Source of the DNA: Octopus vulgaris | Lineage: Eukaryota | Length of the DNA: 64,000 nucleotides | Direction of reading: 5' to 3' | Assembly: GCA_951406725.2 (NCBI GenBank) | Contig: OX597825.1 | Coordinates: forward strand, 69,812,001-69,876,000 | Shown: in pieces, positions 41,911-55,154 of the stretch | How the letters are laid out: each line of letters starts with the position of its first letter | How positions within the stretch are numbered: position 1 is the stretch's first letter | Made by a program: the position numbers and the translations under genes | Notes under the pieces: generated by a model | Database searches by the model: none | Told to the model about the DNA's origin: nothing | What the model saw: the letters and a program-made list of their open reading frames with translations, nothing else

Positions 41911-42094
41911 TACGAAGAGGTTCTTTGGATAGAACAAAATACAGGAAGATCAGTTAATTAGGTGATCTTATTTAACGTATTCCCCTCTCATATTCACACA
42001 GTTATGACAGCTGTTCTTCGGTATTTTTAAGCCCTGTAAAAGAGCTCGGAATGCTAGGCCCCCAATCAGGCCTTTTGCAATATCCTTAAAGCAA

Positions 42095-42095
<1 letters not shown>
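41911..42095 (+). mobile_element. Mariner-like non-autonomous remnant (second copy 57806-57972)
   Basis: Both copies share AAAATACAGGA.GATCAGTTAATTA...AAGCCCT. The 57806 copy begins CGAGGG..CTGAAAAG, like a mariner TIR. Confidence 0.55.
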
Positions 42096-42155
<60 letters not shown>

Positions 42156-42177
42156 CATACACACACACGCAAGCATA

Positions 42178-42247
<70 letters not shown>

Positions 42248-42288
42248 TAGATGAGAAAGTTGTTTTGTGAAAATACGTGGTTGAATAC

Positions 42289-42701
42289 ATAGAAAATAGT
42301 AAAAAGTGAAAAGACTACAGAAGGCTTGTTTTAAAAGGTTAAAAAATATATATTTGAGTCAATATGTCTGAAGAATATTATAAATTTTTTTTCTTACAAT
42401 GACATAGTTTAGAAGAAATGACAGGTTTCGCGTTTATCTCCCTTACACCGGAAGAAATCACTTATTACCTCCCCTTATCTAGAACTCTTTTCCACATAAA
42501 CATAACGATAACTCTTCTCAAAATAAACATAACGACGTAAGAAATTTGAAAAGCTAAACTGGAAACCGGTCATTTCTTCTAAACTATGTCATTGTAAGAA
42601 AAAAATTTATAATATTCTTCAGACATATTGACTCAAATATATATTTTTTAACCTTTTAAAACAAGCCTTCTGTAGTCTTTTCACTTTTTACTATTTTCTA
42701 T
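42289..42701. repeat. Near-perfect 140-bp inverted repeat (arms 42289-42429 and 42562-42701)
   Basis: Arms are reverse complements apart from one substitution and one homopolymer length difference. Confidence 0.93.
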
Positions 42702-45411
42702 ATATATATATATATATACACATTTATCCCTCAGTTCTCGCTAAGTTCAATTTTTCTTTACTTTTCTTGTTGGGGATATATAAAATTTCTATCTAGAATT
42801 CATGATTATTCCTCCCTCTCTCCTCTCTCTCCCTCGCCCTTGCTCTTTCTGTGCGTTTCTCGTTATTTCTCTCACTCAATCATACTCACTTTTCAAACGG
42901 TTAACTTTTTCATATCGCGTCACGCAAATTCAATGAGATAGCTACGGTGTCTGTGGAATACTCAGTCGCATAGACACCTGTTGACTTCATAAGTAGAAAT
43001 TATGTTATTTGATCAGTTAAATGTTCATCGTTGGTACCGACGGAGAATCCAAGATACACAATGTTGTTTGGGTCTTTTCCTTTTGTTACGGTATTGTAAA
43101 GGAAGCTCACATAGGTTTGCAGTTCAACCCGAGTTTTTATTGGATATTTACACTAAATATAAAGAATACACAGCCAGGGAACATGAAGACGATAAACAAC
43201 ATAGGGCAAAGAGCTTTACAATATTAAATTAGATCTTTAGAAACAATAAACATAACCTTTGTCAAACCTTCTAGAATATCTGCCATGAAAGCTTTTACAC
43301 ATGCTCAGTATCTGAAAACCCACTATCCAGTAAAGTCAAAATTATTCAGTTTACACAATTTATGGTTTTAAATAAATAAGAATTTAGTAGTTAAATGCGA
43401 TTCGCATTCATTCTTATCTAACATCGTCATTTGAAATTCACGTGAACCTTTATTAATGTTTTCCCTTTATGGATAAGTGTCAGTTGACTTTCATCTTATA
43501 AATCCTAGCTGCTTTGAATATTTATCCCTTTGTTCATTCTATTCTTTCATGGTACCTAAGAATTCATAGTTTTAGATTATACGTTACAATCAAGCAGGGA
43601 AAGCCCTTTTTAGAAAAGTTGACAAATAACTTAATTATTAAACAGCTGCGTGTTGCATTCTAAACTCGCTTTATGCTTGCTGGAGAGATTAATTTCCTTC
43701 AGTGTATCGATTCTTTCAGTCTATGATATCTTTGTAATTGTAATTTTCAATAGGAATGCCAAACTGCTATGATGCACTATATCAGTGTTCTTGAAGGAGA
43801 AAGTCATTATATAGTGCTAATTCTCTGGAGTGAGTATTCGGAAAACAACATTCTATGGCTGATTATTATACCATTTAAAATAGCATGGCTGAAAGGAACA
43901 ATCTCCGGTGTATGAATAGCTTTGAGTTCTGGATCCGCCAAACAACAAATTAACAGCGATATCAATAACAAAATATATTTGTTCCAATGGTCAATAAATT
44001 GATGGTGGTGTCCTAACTCCTAGAGCATCACTCATTATTCTACAGGAAAGATACTAAAGAGAGAATAGGGAGGAAGCGTTTGACAAGTTGCTCATCCATC
44101 TTGAAATCAGTTTTGTGTTTTATGCATCAGGAATTGAATGAAGGAATAATTCAAATCAAGGCTGAATATCGCAGTTTACTGAGGTCTACAGGACTATACT
44201 GTTAGCTTGTCAGATAAAAGAAGACAGAGGAGAAAATGATTTAAAGACCTTTTTCAAGCTAAAATCGCATGAATATATTAAAATATTCCAATCTAAGCTG
44301 TTCAGTTATATAAATATTTAGAATTATATCTTCATAGCTTGTAAGGATTAAAAATAAAATCACACAGGAAAATGATTTCTGGCTGCACAAAAGAAAGTTG
44401 ATATCTATTTCTAGAGGGACGAATTTTCACTGACACATTACTCATGCTGCTTTTCACTTTACTACTACTACTACTACTGCAGATAATCTTTTCTCCAATA
44501 GCAACAGCGCCTGAAATTTTGTCGTAGGAGGCTAGTCGAGAATAGTACTTATTTCATCGACCCTGAGAGGATGAAAGGCAAAGTCGACCTCGGCAGAATT
44601 CGAACTTAGAGCGTAAAGACGGACGAAATGACCTCTAAGAATTTTGTCCGGTATGCTAACGATTCCACCAGATCGCACCTACATAGGACAACGTATTTTT
44701 TTATATTGTTATATTTCGGGATACTCAATATATTTTTGCCAATATCTGTTCCAACACATGACTTCACGTGAGGAATCTTTTTTTCTTTATTATCCACAAA
44801 CGCTCAAATAGAAAGAGAAAAGTAGAAAGATTCATTAACCAGAAGATTGCAGCGTCGTGTCAGAGGGACGTAGAAATTATGCAAAAACGAGGTGTGGAGT
44901 GGGAGAAGTTATACAGTTGTTTCTTTCTTCACTTCTTTCAGTCATTGGACTGCAGACATACTGGAACACCACCTCGTCGGGTTTAGGGGAAAAAGATCAA
45001 CCCCAGGACTGATTCTTTTTTAAAGTCTAGTATTTATTCTATCAGATATATTTTGTGGAACGGTTAAGCTACGAGAATATGAATAATTGAACAACGGTTA
45101 TCAAACGCTGGGATGGAAAACACATACAAAGACACCCGCATGCATACGTACAGACACACATACAGACACAATGCAGTAAAGGATTCAGATAGAATCGGGT
45201 ATTTAAAAAGATATGCACCAGATAGAGTTGGATAAAACTGTGGTCCCGGCTGTCAGTATTTAGCGCCAAGGGGATGGTCCGAAGCCCACGTTACGCTGAA
45301 CTGTATCAGACAAGTTGTAAATCTCCTTGGTGTCTTAGTGTATTATAAACAGATGAATAAATTATTATCCATCGCCTGTTTCTATTCATTTGATTATATA
45401 TATATATATAT

Positions 45412-45697
45412 GTGGAGGCCCAGTGGTTAGGGCAGCGGACTCGCGGTCGTAGGATCGCGGTTTCGATTTCCAGAATGGGTGCTGTGTGTGTTTATTGAGC
45501 GAAAACATCCAAAGCTTCACGAGGCTCTGGCAGGGGGTGCTAGCGATCCCTGCTGTACTCTTTCGCCAGAACATTCTCTCACTCTTTCTTCTGTTGGCCT
45601 GCTCGCTTAGCCAGCGGTACGGCGTCATTTGAAGAATGAAACATTGCGAAGCGCATTGTGACCAGCGATCTGTAGCAACATCTGATACCCTGGTCGG
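45412..45697 (+). mobile_element. OR-type SINE, tail variant B
   Basis: Same head and tail as 29814-30102. Confidence 0.85.
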
Positions 45698-45830
45698 GTT
45701 TATATATATAAAAGCTTATAAGATATTTTATCGTCCTCTTATGCCGAATCGACAAGTTTCGGGGACGTAAACAGGCCAATATCAGTTGTCAAGCGATGGT
45801 GGGGAGAAACACACACACACATATATGTAG

Positions 45831-45906
<76 letters not shown>

Positions 45907-45942
45907 GAAAGAATGGACTCGAACGAAGATGCTAACAAAATT

Positions 45943-46035
45943 CCTTTACTCTCGACATATGTTTCGAAGACAACAGGTTTTCATTCCAAAGGAATAAAGG
46001 GTGCATTATGCAATCTTCTCATCAGGAAAGAAAGG
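45943..46035 (-). ncRNA. Type I hammerhead ribozyme (PLE-type, minimal palindromic stem III)
   Basis: Minus strand reads CCUUUCUUUC-CUGAUGA-GAAGA(long loop)UCUUC-GAAA-CAUAUG-UC^GAGAG(U)AAAGG. All core nucleotides are canonical; predicted cut between 45954 and 45953. Confidence 0.75.
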
Positions 46036-46057
46036 AGCCTCTATCGACAACAAGACA

Positions 46058-46101
<44 letters not shown>

Positions 46102-47070
46102 TTGGAAGGTTTGGAGATGATGTACAGGTATTATATATTAGAAGAAATGAGGTAATCAGAAGATCGGATGGTTTATATTTACAGATATTTATTTATTTAT
46201 TTACAGATATTTAATATATAAATAAATATCTGTAAATATAAACCATCCGATCTTCTGATTACCTCATTTCTTATAATATATATATATATATGTAAAAAAA
46301 TACAAACTGGGACAAGAACGCAAAACATTTAGAAGACGATACAAAAAACACGGTTGGGACATTCGAAGCCTTCAATCTTCAGTCAAGAACCGGATCATCC
46401 TCGCAATTTCGGCTGATTAATCTTGAGATTGCTCCGATCTGGCCAGCCCCAAAGGAAAATCTAAGCCAAGCGCATTATATTCCTTGGAAGAAAGCCTCGA
46501 ATGTATACAAAACAAGGACGGAAAAACGTAGTGAGAGAGAGAGAGAGAGAGAGAGCAGTCTCTGGTAGTATAGTACACTGGTGCTGAAACTCCAGGTACA
46601 CCACTGGTACATGCAATATGTACGTCACACATAAAGTAACATGCAATAGCAAGCCAGAAACAATGAATGGATATAGCACAATTTTGTATTTATGTAAAAT
46701 TCATTCTGTGCCACCACGTTTCTAAATTCTTGTACGGAAATAATGAGATTTCGTGTGCGGCAGTTACCACATAGAATCGACCTCTATATTACGTAACTTT
46801 CTAATAAATATGCAATAAATATATATATATTATATGCACGAAAGTGAGGAGTAGAAGAGAGATAGGCCAGACATATATGCAGTATTTTGTTAATTAAAAT
46901 AAATGGATGTTGGCTAGTTTGAAAGTATATAATGTCCAGGGACTAACTCGCATAAACTGCTTACAAAGAAATATTTATATATTCACAAACAACTTATGTT
47001 AATAAAACAGAAAAGAAAGGATAAATATGCATTTATCGATTGCGGCTATTCCATGAGGATTTAGTTAATC

Positions 47071-47102
<32 letters not shown>

Positions 47103-47158
47103 CCTTATCATCATCACCATCATCATCATCATTATCATCATCATCATCATCATCATTA

Positions 47159-47213
<55 letters not shown>

Positions 47214-47407
47214 AACACACATACTCACACATAGATATATATATGACATTATGAATAAGTAACCACCGGCAAAACTTTGCAGTAGCCGTCAGAAAGAAAA
47301 TTGTAGTATGTTCATATGTGCATTAATCTGCACGTAAGTGCACGTGTTTGTGCGCGTGCTAATACATATATATGTACTTGCATATACATATAAGCACATA
47401 CGCCCGC

Positions 47408-47445
<38 letters not shown>

Positions 47446-47588
47446 CGATGAGTATATATATATATACATATATAACTCTACTACTATATGTATACATATA
47501 TGTGTATATATATCATATATATAAGCCCATGTCCATGTATATATATATATCCGCCAAAACATATACATATACATGCATACACACACAC

Positions 47589-47646
<58 letters not shown>

Positions 47647-47650
<4 letters not shown>

Positions 47651-48055
47651 CTATATTTAAGAGATATGAGGAATTTTGTACATTATTTCAATTATTTATA
47701 TTATTTACATTCAACGGATATTTGTCCTCATCATGTTTGTTGTTAACACAACGTTTCGGCAGATATAACCTTCAGCCTTCTTTAGGCGTCTTGGGGAAAT
47801 CTCGAACCTGGGTTTCTCGTTGCTAAGTTATTTTTCGATGTTCATCTTCTTCTTATTATTATTATTGTTGTTGTTGTTGTTGTTGTTGTTTAGGTCACTG
47901 CTTGGAATAGAACTCGGAATCTTGGGGTTAGTAGCCCGCGCTTTTAACCACTACGCCATATGCCCGTGGGAGGGTATATCAGCCGAAACGTTGTTTTAAC
48001 TACAAACAAGATGAGGACAAATATGCGTGGAATGTAAATAATGTAAATAATGCAT
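47647..48055 (-). mobile_element. Composite non-autonomous retroelement: tRNA-like head, (AAC/AAT)n, hammerhead-bearing PLE-like tail, plus an inverted terminal copy
   Basis: Head at 47965-47893 with A box TGGCGTAGTGG; hammerhead-like motif at 47790-47745; 47968-48053 is an inverted copy of about 47690-47775; TA-rich flanks. Confidence 0.7.
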
Positions 48056-48949
48056 ATATATATCTTGAAGATTCAACGTTTCTGCCATCATTCAAAAATG
48101 GTTTTTTAAATTTGTATTTTAGTTTAGGATGTCGTACACTACAACCAGTGATATTGCTCACAAGCAACTGTTGCTTGGTTACATGTACTATGTTTACGCA
48201 CAATGTTTTAGGTGCTTATGTGGTTACGAGCAGGTATAGATACACTTCTCTGAAACTCAATATATTTATCCAGGGTGAGATGCAAGACGTGTAACTGGAG
48301 GAAAAGAGATTGCACAAGAACTCATTTCGTGTTCATTTCAGCTGAGTAGAATGAAGGAATGTGAAATGATCTTGCTCAGAGACATATCTCGCTGCGTCCT
48401 ACAGAAATTGAATCCGTAACCTTATGAGTTTAATTCCCTACCGCAATCATTAAACCACAAATATTTGCAATGAAATATTAAAACTACTTCATTGGGAGTT
48501 TTAAATAGCGTCCCATGACGTATACTGTTATCGCTTGCGACTAGGAGCTTTTCTCTCGTCGCTTGACCTAAGACAATACAGCCAGGATAATTTTAGTTTT
48601 TCAAGATCAGTGTCTATGACAGTTGTCAATGAGGATGTTAGATGGGAGGACATGTAACACGATCACCTTGGGTACCAGATCGTGTATGTTATGGGCATTC
48701 TCTTGATATGAATATAGCAAAACTATATATATAGGTTTTAAAATATTTGTATAAATGAGCGTATGTATGTGTGTGTAGCGAAAGAGGAAAAAGGAAAAGG
48801 GGGAGAGAGATACAGATATATGCCTATATATAAATGTTCCAACAGAAGCAAATAGAGACCTACGCACACAAACGTGCTCACATATTTGTGTATGTGTGAC
48901 TGCCATTGTGTGTGCGTGTGTGTCTATATGAATGCAAATATATGTATAT

Positions 48950-49945
48950 TTCACAGGGCCCACCCGAAATCCCGACATCATCTTGAACAAGAATTAATTT
49001 TCTTTCTTCGTTCCTTTGCGCCAAATGGTCTCAACTCACCTCTTTTCATCTGACACAATCCTCACCTTCTTTCTTCATTTGACACCAACCCCTACGGGGA
49101 TTCCCACTGAACTCCCACACAATTCAACTACACACCTGCATACTTGCCCACATCGGTATTCTCACCCACACGCACCACTATATACACACACACATACACA
49201 CTGCTCAACCCATTACTCACTTCACACGCCATTACACACACACACGCGCACAGCACCTTTCCACTCCACACAACACACAACCTCCACACACTCAATCTTC
49301 AATAGATACCTCTATATCTGGAGCCACACACACTGCGTGACTCAATACACACCCCACACACCATCATGCACACTCCCACGCCCTTACAAGCACATAATAC
49401 CTGAACACAGACGATATACACCCATAAGCACACGCAACATGCGTAAACACACTCGACATACGGAAACAAAGATAGCTTTCGCTCACTTACATACCCTATA
49501 CACATGCACCCTATCTGGTCAGTGACACACATACACACACATCTGCACAAACCACGTGAAAAAGCACACATACACGTCAAACTCACTCGTCCCCTTTTAC
49601 ACATACACATTTACACACTTACACCATTCTCACATACACACACAGGCTTGTGCACTTTCATCTTGTTGGGATCACCATGAAAATCTCCCTTTTATTCAAT
49701 ATCATTTTCTCCTTTTCATCCAACCTCATTTTCCCAATCACTCGCCATCTTGGACGACGGAATTCAACACGTTTTTTTCTTTCTTTCATTCTCTCTTTAT
49801 ATATTTTCTCTTATTACTTTCTGTAGAAGAGCGTAGGCTCGAAACGTAAAAGATTTTTCCATTTTTCCCGAACGTCAAACTATTACACTTGCTTCTTGTT
49901 CTTACACGTCTTGGTCTGTGTTTTTCTATAAATTTGAACTTTATA
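48950..49945 (+). mobile_element. Penelope-like element 3' end: GIY-YIG endonuclease C-terminus, CA-rich UTR, terminal hammerhead-like motif
   Basis: 48973-49038 reads RHHLEQELIFFLRSFAPNGLNS (PLE ExxxIxxLxxxxPxGLN motif). CTTT-CTGTAGA-A-GAGC-GTAG-GCTC-GAAA-CG-TA-AAAG at 49817-49852. Ends AAATTTGAACT before a TA-rich tract. Confidence 0.7.
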
Positions 49946-49975
49946 TATTGATACATAAACACACAGGCATATACA

Positions 49976-50021
<46 letters not shown>

Positions 50022-50531
50022 CACACACACATTAAGCATTTATACAATTGCAGTTTCTTTTAACATTAAAAATATAAACATGAACATTAGCATATCGTAT
50101 TCAATATAACATGGAAATATCATAACATTGCAAACATCTCAAATGAAACAATCTCACAATCGCTGTGTGAACAAACATCTTATCGGTTTCCTTTAGAAAT
50201 ATTTCTTTGTGTACGAAAAAATTTGAAGCCATTTCATGCAATCAAAAACTTCTGTAATGTTGGTCTGTGAGGAAAACCATAGTGTTTCAATGAAATATTT
50301 TAAAACAATGATAAAATTATACTTCTCTTTGTATAAAACATGTTTGCTATTTTCTTTGAATTGCGGATTCTTAAGCATTATTTATGATAAAAATTATTTT
50401 GTTGTGAATGTATCAATATGATAGACAAAGAAACAATCATCGTTCATGAAATATGAGAATACCCAATAATCACATACAGGTAGAATAGCGTGGAATATGC
50501 AAATGGTATTATTATTAATAGTGGATGAAAT

Positions 50532-51097
50532 AGGCAGCGAGCTGGCAGAAACGTTAGCACGCTGGGCGAAATGTTTAGCGGTATTTCGCCCGTCGCTACA
50601 TTCTGAGTTCAAATTCCGCCGAGGTCGACTTTGCCTTTCATCCTTTCGGGGTCGATAAATTAAGTACCAGTTACGCACTGGGGTCGATATAATCGACTTA
50701 ATACCTATGTCTCTCCTTGTTTGTCCCCCTCTGTGTTTAGCCCCTTGTGGGTAATAAAGAAATAGAAATAGGTATTTCGTCTGCCGCTACGCTCTGAGTT
50801 CAAATTCCACCGGGGTCGACTTTGCCTTTCAACCTTTCGAGGTTGATGAAATAAGTACCAGTGAAACACTAGGGTCGATGCGATCGACTAGTCTCCCTCC
50901 CAAAACATCAGACCTTGTGCCTGTTGTAGAAAGTATTATTAGGTGTGGCTGTGTGGTAAGTAGCTTGCTTACGAACCACATGGTTCTGGGTTCAGTCCCA
51001 CTGCGTGGCACCTTGGTCAAGTGTCTTCTACTATAGCCTTGTGAGTGGATTTGGTAGAAAGAAACTGAAAGAAGCCCGTCGTATATATATGTATATA

Positions 51098-51146
<49 letters not shown>

Positions 51147-51154
51147 ATATATAT

Positions 51155-51185
<31 letters not shown>

Positions 51186-52020
51186 TGCATGTGTGTGTGT
51201 GTGTGTGTGTATCTGTGTTTGCCCCCACCACCACCCAACATCGCTTGACAACCGATGCTGGGGTGTTTACGTCCCCGTAAATTAGCGGTTCGGCCAAAGA
51301 GACGGATAGAATAAGTACTTGGCTTACAAAGAATAAGTCCTGGGGTTCATTTGCTCGACTAAAGGCAGTGCTCCAGCATGGCCACAGTGAAATGACTGAA
51401 ATAAGTCACAGAGTGAAAAAGTGGAGGAAAAACGTAGCGAGCGGACAGAATCGTTAGCACGCCGGGCAAAATACTCAGCGTTATTTCGTCTGCTGCTATG
51501 ATCTGAGTTCAAATTCGTCCGAGGTCAACTTTGCCCTTCCATCCTTTCGATGTCTATAAGTTAACTACCAGTGATCACTAGTCCCCTCCCACAAAATTTG
51601 AGGAGGAAAAGGACGGAGAGATGGCAGAATCGTTGCTGCGTCGGGTAAAATGCTTAGTGGCATTTCGTCCGTCTTTACGTTCTGAGTTCAAATTCCGCTG
51701 AGGTCGATTTTGCGTTTCATTCTTTCGACGTGGATAAAATATGTACCAATTGAGCACCGGGATCGATCGCTGCCATAGCTTTATCCCTCCCCCCGGAAAT
51801 GCTGGACTTGTGCCGAAATTTCAAACCATGGTAGTAAGATTGTGGTTTCGAATCCTAGACCCGTTGATGCGTTGTGATCTTGAGCAATACACTTCATTTC
51901 ACGTTACTCTATTTCACTCGGCTGGCAAAGATGAATATTCTTGCGATGGACCGACATCCCATCCACGTGAGGAATATATAAGTCACAAAAACCGGGAAAC
52001 CGGACTTATATGTATCCATG
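50532..52020 (+). mobile_element. Co-oriented SINE pile-up: M (50532-50770), headless M (50771-50940), K (50941-51415), two diverged M (about 51430-51828), further SINE remnant (about 51830-52020)
   Basis: Each unit matches a family seen elsewhere in the window. Confidence 0.85.
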
Positions 52021-52073
52021 ATTTGGTCAGGCAGTTTACCCCTTCTTCTTCTTCTTCTTCTTCTTCTTCTTGT

Positions 52074-52113
<40 letters not shown>

Positions 52114-53772
52114 TATAAATACATAGACACACATATAAAATGCATATATTCAATGGCTAACATGTTTAAAAAGAAACAATGTCTGCCAAACTAGATACCG
52201 GTAACTCTGAGAATTAATAAAAAATATTTAATCCATAATTTTAGTCCGATAAAATATTTACTGTTTCGTTGTACGAAACTAAAGAATAGCATTTAGAAAA
52301 ATCTAATTCATAACGTATAGCGAGAAGGAAAGAGAAAAAAATAGAAAACTTCTATACACACATAAACACACAACACACATACACACACGCATATATACAT
52401 CAAATATCTATATACATCATATATACATCAATATATATATATCAAATACCTAATTTTTTTTTTTTTTGCTTAAGAAAAAGGGAAGATTTCCTTACTCTAA
52501 AAGATAATCAACCTAATTTCAAGAGTAAGCCCTTTTGTAGAAATGTTAAACTCACTGAGGACTGAAATCGGTTTAGTCGCAAAAAAATAAATAAATAAAT
52601 AAATATCGGAATTAGAGAGACTAGTATGCCTATGCTACAGCAATGGAATAATGGCCACATCGTAGGGGATTGGTTTAAAAATTTAAAGAATAAGTACAAG
52701 ACCAGATAGTCATGGTAGTACAGATTTTAATCCTTCAATTCCGAAAGCGCTGTTTGGTTGAGAAGCGATCCTCTTGCCACGTGCAACTCTATACACATAA
52801 ACAAAACACTAATGCACTAAGATATTCTAACATACGCATACATACATCTTTGCTAATATGACCAATGAAAGTACAAAAAATCACATGCGCACCTGAATTT
52901 GTACTGAAATAGATGTATGCACATTCAATGCAAATAACAACCAGATATGTAGATTTATAAAACAATGGAATAGCGGTGTAATTCTTGGTTGCATCTGAAG
53001 AATAAGAGTTAAAAGCCTTCACCCACAACTATCGTCAGAAAAGAAAAGAATTCTTACAATGTAAAAATTCTAGAATTATATTTATAAATTCATAGATATC
53101 CAGGAGATATATCTGTGAACATGAATTATTATGTATATAATTTCATTACAAAACCTTTGTTTTATAAATCTAAAATTTATCATATGGAAATTACATGTTA
53201 GATGTTGCGAAAGCTAACTTTAGAGCTAATGTTATTCTCGCAGCTGAAAACCTAAGAATTCTTAGCCTTAAACAACAATTTCTCAATAAAATGTATATGT
53301 AAAATTTCTGAATGAGTTTTCGCTCTAGGGATAATCCTGAACTTATAAATATGTTAAAAGAATTATATATAAAATTTTATATTATATCTACTCTTTATAT
53401 TTGTAGCAGCGAAATTAATTTTTCATATTTCAATGACAAAGACTCATGCGCGCGCAGCGTCCCTTGGGCTAAATTAAATTCGTTGTAAGTATAAGCCGCC
53501 CGGAACCCGCTGACAATGTGAGGGTTGCATGCGTCTTATATTAAAATGAATTCAGTTTAGTTACATTAAGGTATGAAGAATCCGATGCACATACACAGGG
53601 TCTCCTGAAAAATGTATACACACGTTGAATAATTGGGAAGCCAGCGCTTATTGAAATATATTTCATTTTAAAAGTATTTAAACAGAATCTTTAAGCAAAA
53701 TTTATTTTCTTTATTTTCTTTATATGAACGTCTGTTTTCAAACAATATACATACATAAATACATATACATGC

Positions 53773-53833
<61 letters not shown>

Positions 53834-53958
53834 CATACATCAGTGTGTGTGTGTATTTTTGTCTTTCGACGATGAGAGTTAGATTATTCGATCTGCTGGA
53901 TTACCTGCTACGCTTGAATTACTCTGTACATTACACACACACACACATAAACACACAA

Positions 53959-54018
<60 letters not shown>

Positions 54019-54490
54019 GTGTAACTTTAACGTGATTCTAAGTCAATATCAGTGACAAGGCTCTACCGTTTGAATTAAGGGTGCAGTCATCCCGATAGAC
54101 TTCTAATATAGTTGTCTACTGTACAATTGCACTCTTAAGCATGGATCAACCACAGGCCATAGAAATGACATTTGTCTAAGGTGCCATGAACAGGGATGTC
54201 GTACAGTGCCCCATGGTGGCAAAGTAACGTTCTGAAATAACCAGCAAAAGATGGCCTGATTCTTTTGTTTTCTTTTTCTTTTTTAATAGTGAAACTAATA
54301 CAAATTTTATTATGAATTTCCCTTCTTCTCTTGGTATGTTTACTGCCAAATATATACACATAATATATAGATATGTAAAAGATACACACAACTCACTAAC
54401 GCACATAAACAATACGCGCACACATACAGACACATGCATGCACACACACACACATATATACATACATATATGTGTGTGTGTGTATATATA

Positions 54491-54723
54491 TATTTCTTTA
54501 CTACCCACAAGGGGCTAAACATAGAGGGGACAAACAAGGACAGACAAAGGGTTCAAGTCGATTACATCGACCCCAGTGCGAAACTGGTACATTATTTATC
54601 GACCCCGAAAGGATGAAAGGCAAAGTCGACCTCGGCGGAATTTGAACTCAGAACATAAAGGCAGACGAAATACCGCAAAGCATTTCGCCCGGCGTGCTAA
54701 CGTTTCTGCCACCTCGCCGCCTT
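54491..54723 (-). mobile_element. Full-length family-M SINE (tail X) within (TG/TA)n
   Basis: Reverse complement of the 27381 and 50532 copies. Confidence 0.9.
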
Positions 54724-54796
<73 letters not shown>

Positions 54797-55154
54797 GTGT
54801 GTGTATTATTTTACTCGTTTCAGAATGCGTTCGTGGTCATGCAGGATCACCACTTTGGTTTTTTCCCCTTTTCCCAGTCTAAGTGTTTTACATCAATACT
54901 TCTGTATGTGTCTTTGTCCCAGCTGTTGGTATATTTGCTGTATAAGGGTGTTTGAATCCGCTGCGGTCGTCTGCACCTCATGTCGGGCTGTTGGTTCATC
55001 CAGCATCGTGGAGAGGAGATGATGTCTAGTTCCTTTATGAAGACATCTACTTCTATCTTATGCAGATTTCTTACGTTTTTGTGGCTGGGAATTGAAGAGT
55101 TCTGGGCCTTTTAACCCTAGACTACCTGGTCCTTAATTTAGATGGAGTTTATAA

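Noticed and set aside
46360-46395. Minus-strand CTGAAGA-TT-GAAGGCTTC-GAATGTC hammerhead-like string
   Set aside because: Stem II would have a 1-nt loop, GAAA is incomplete and stem I is weak, so it was not called.
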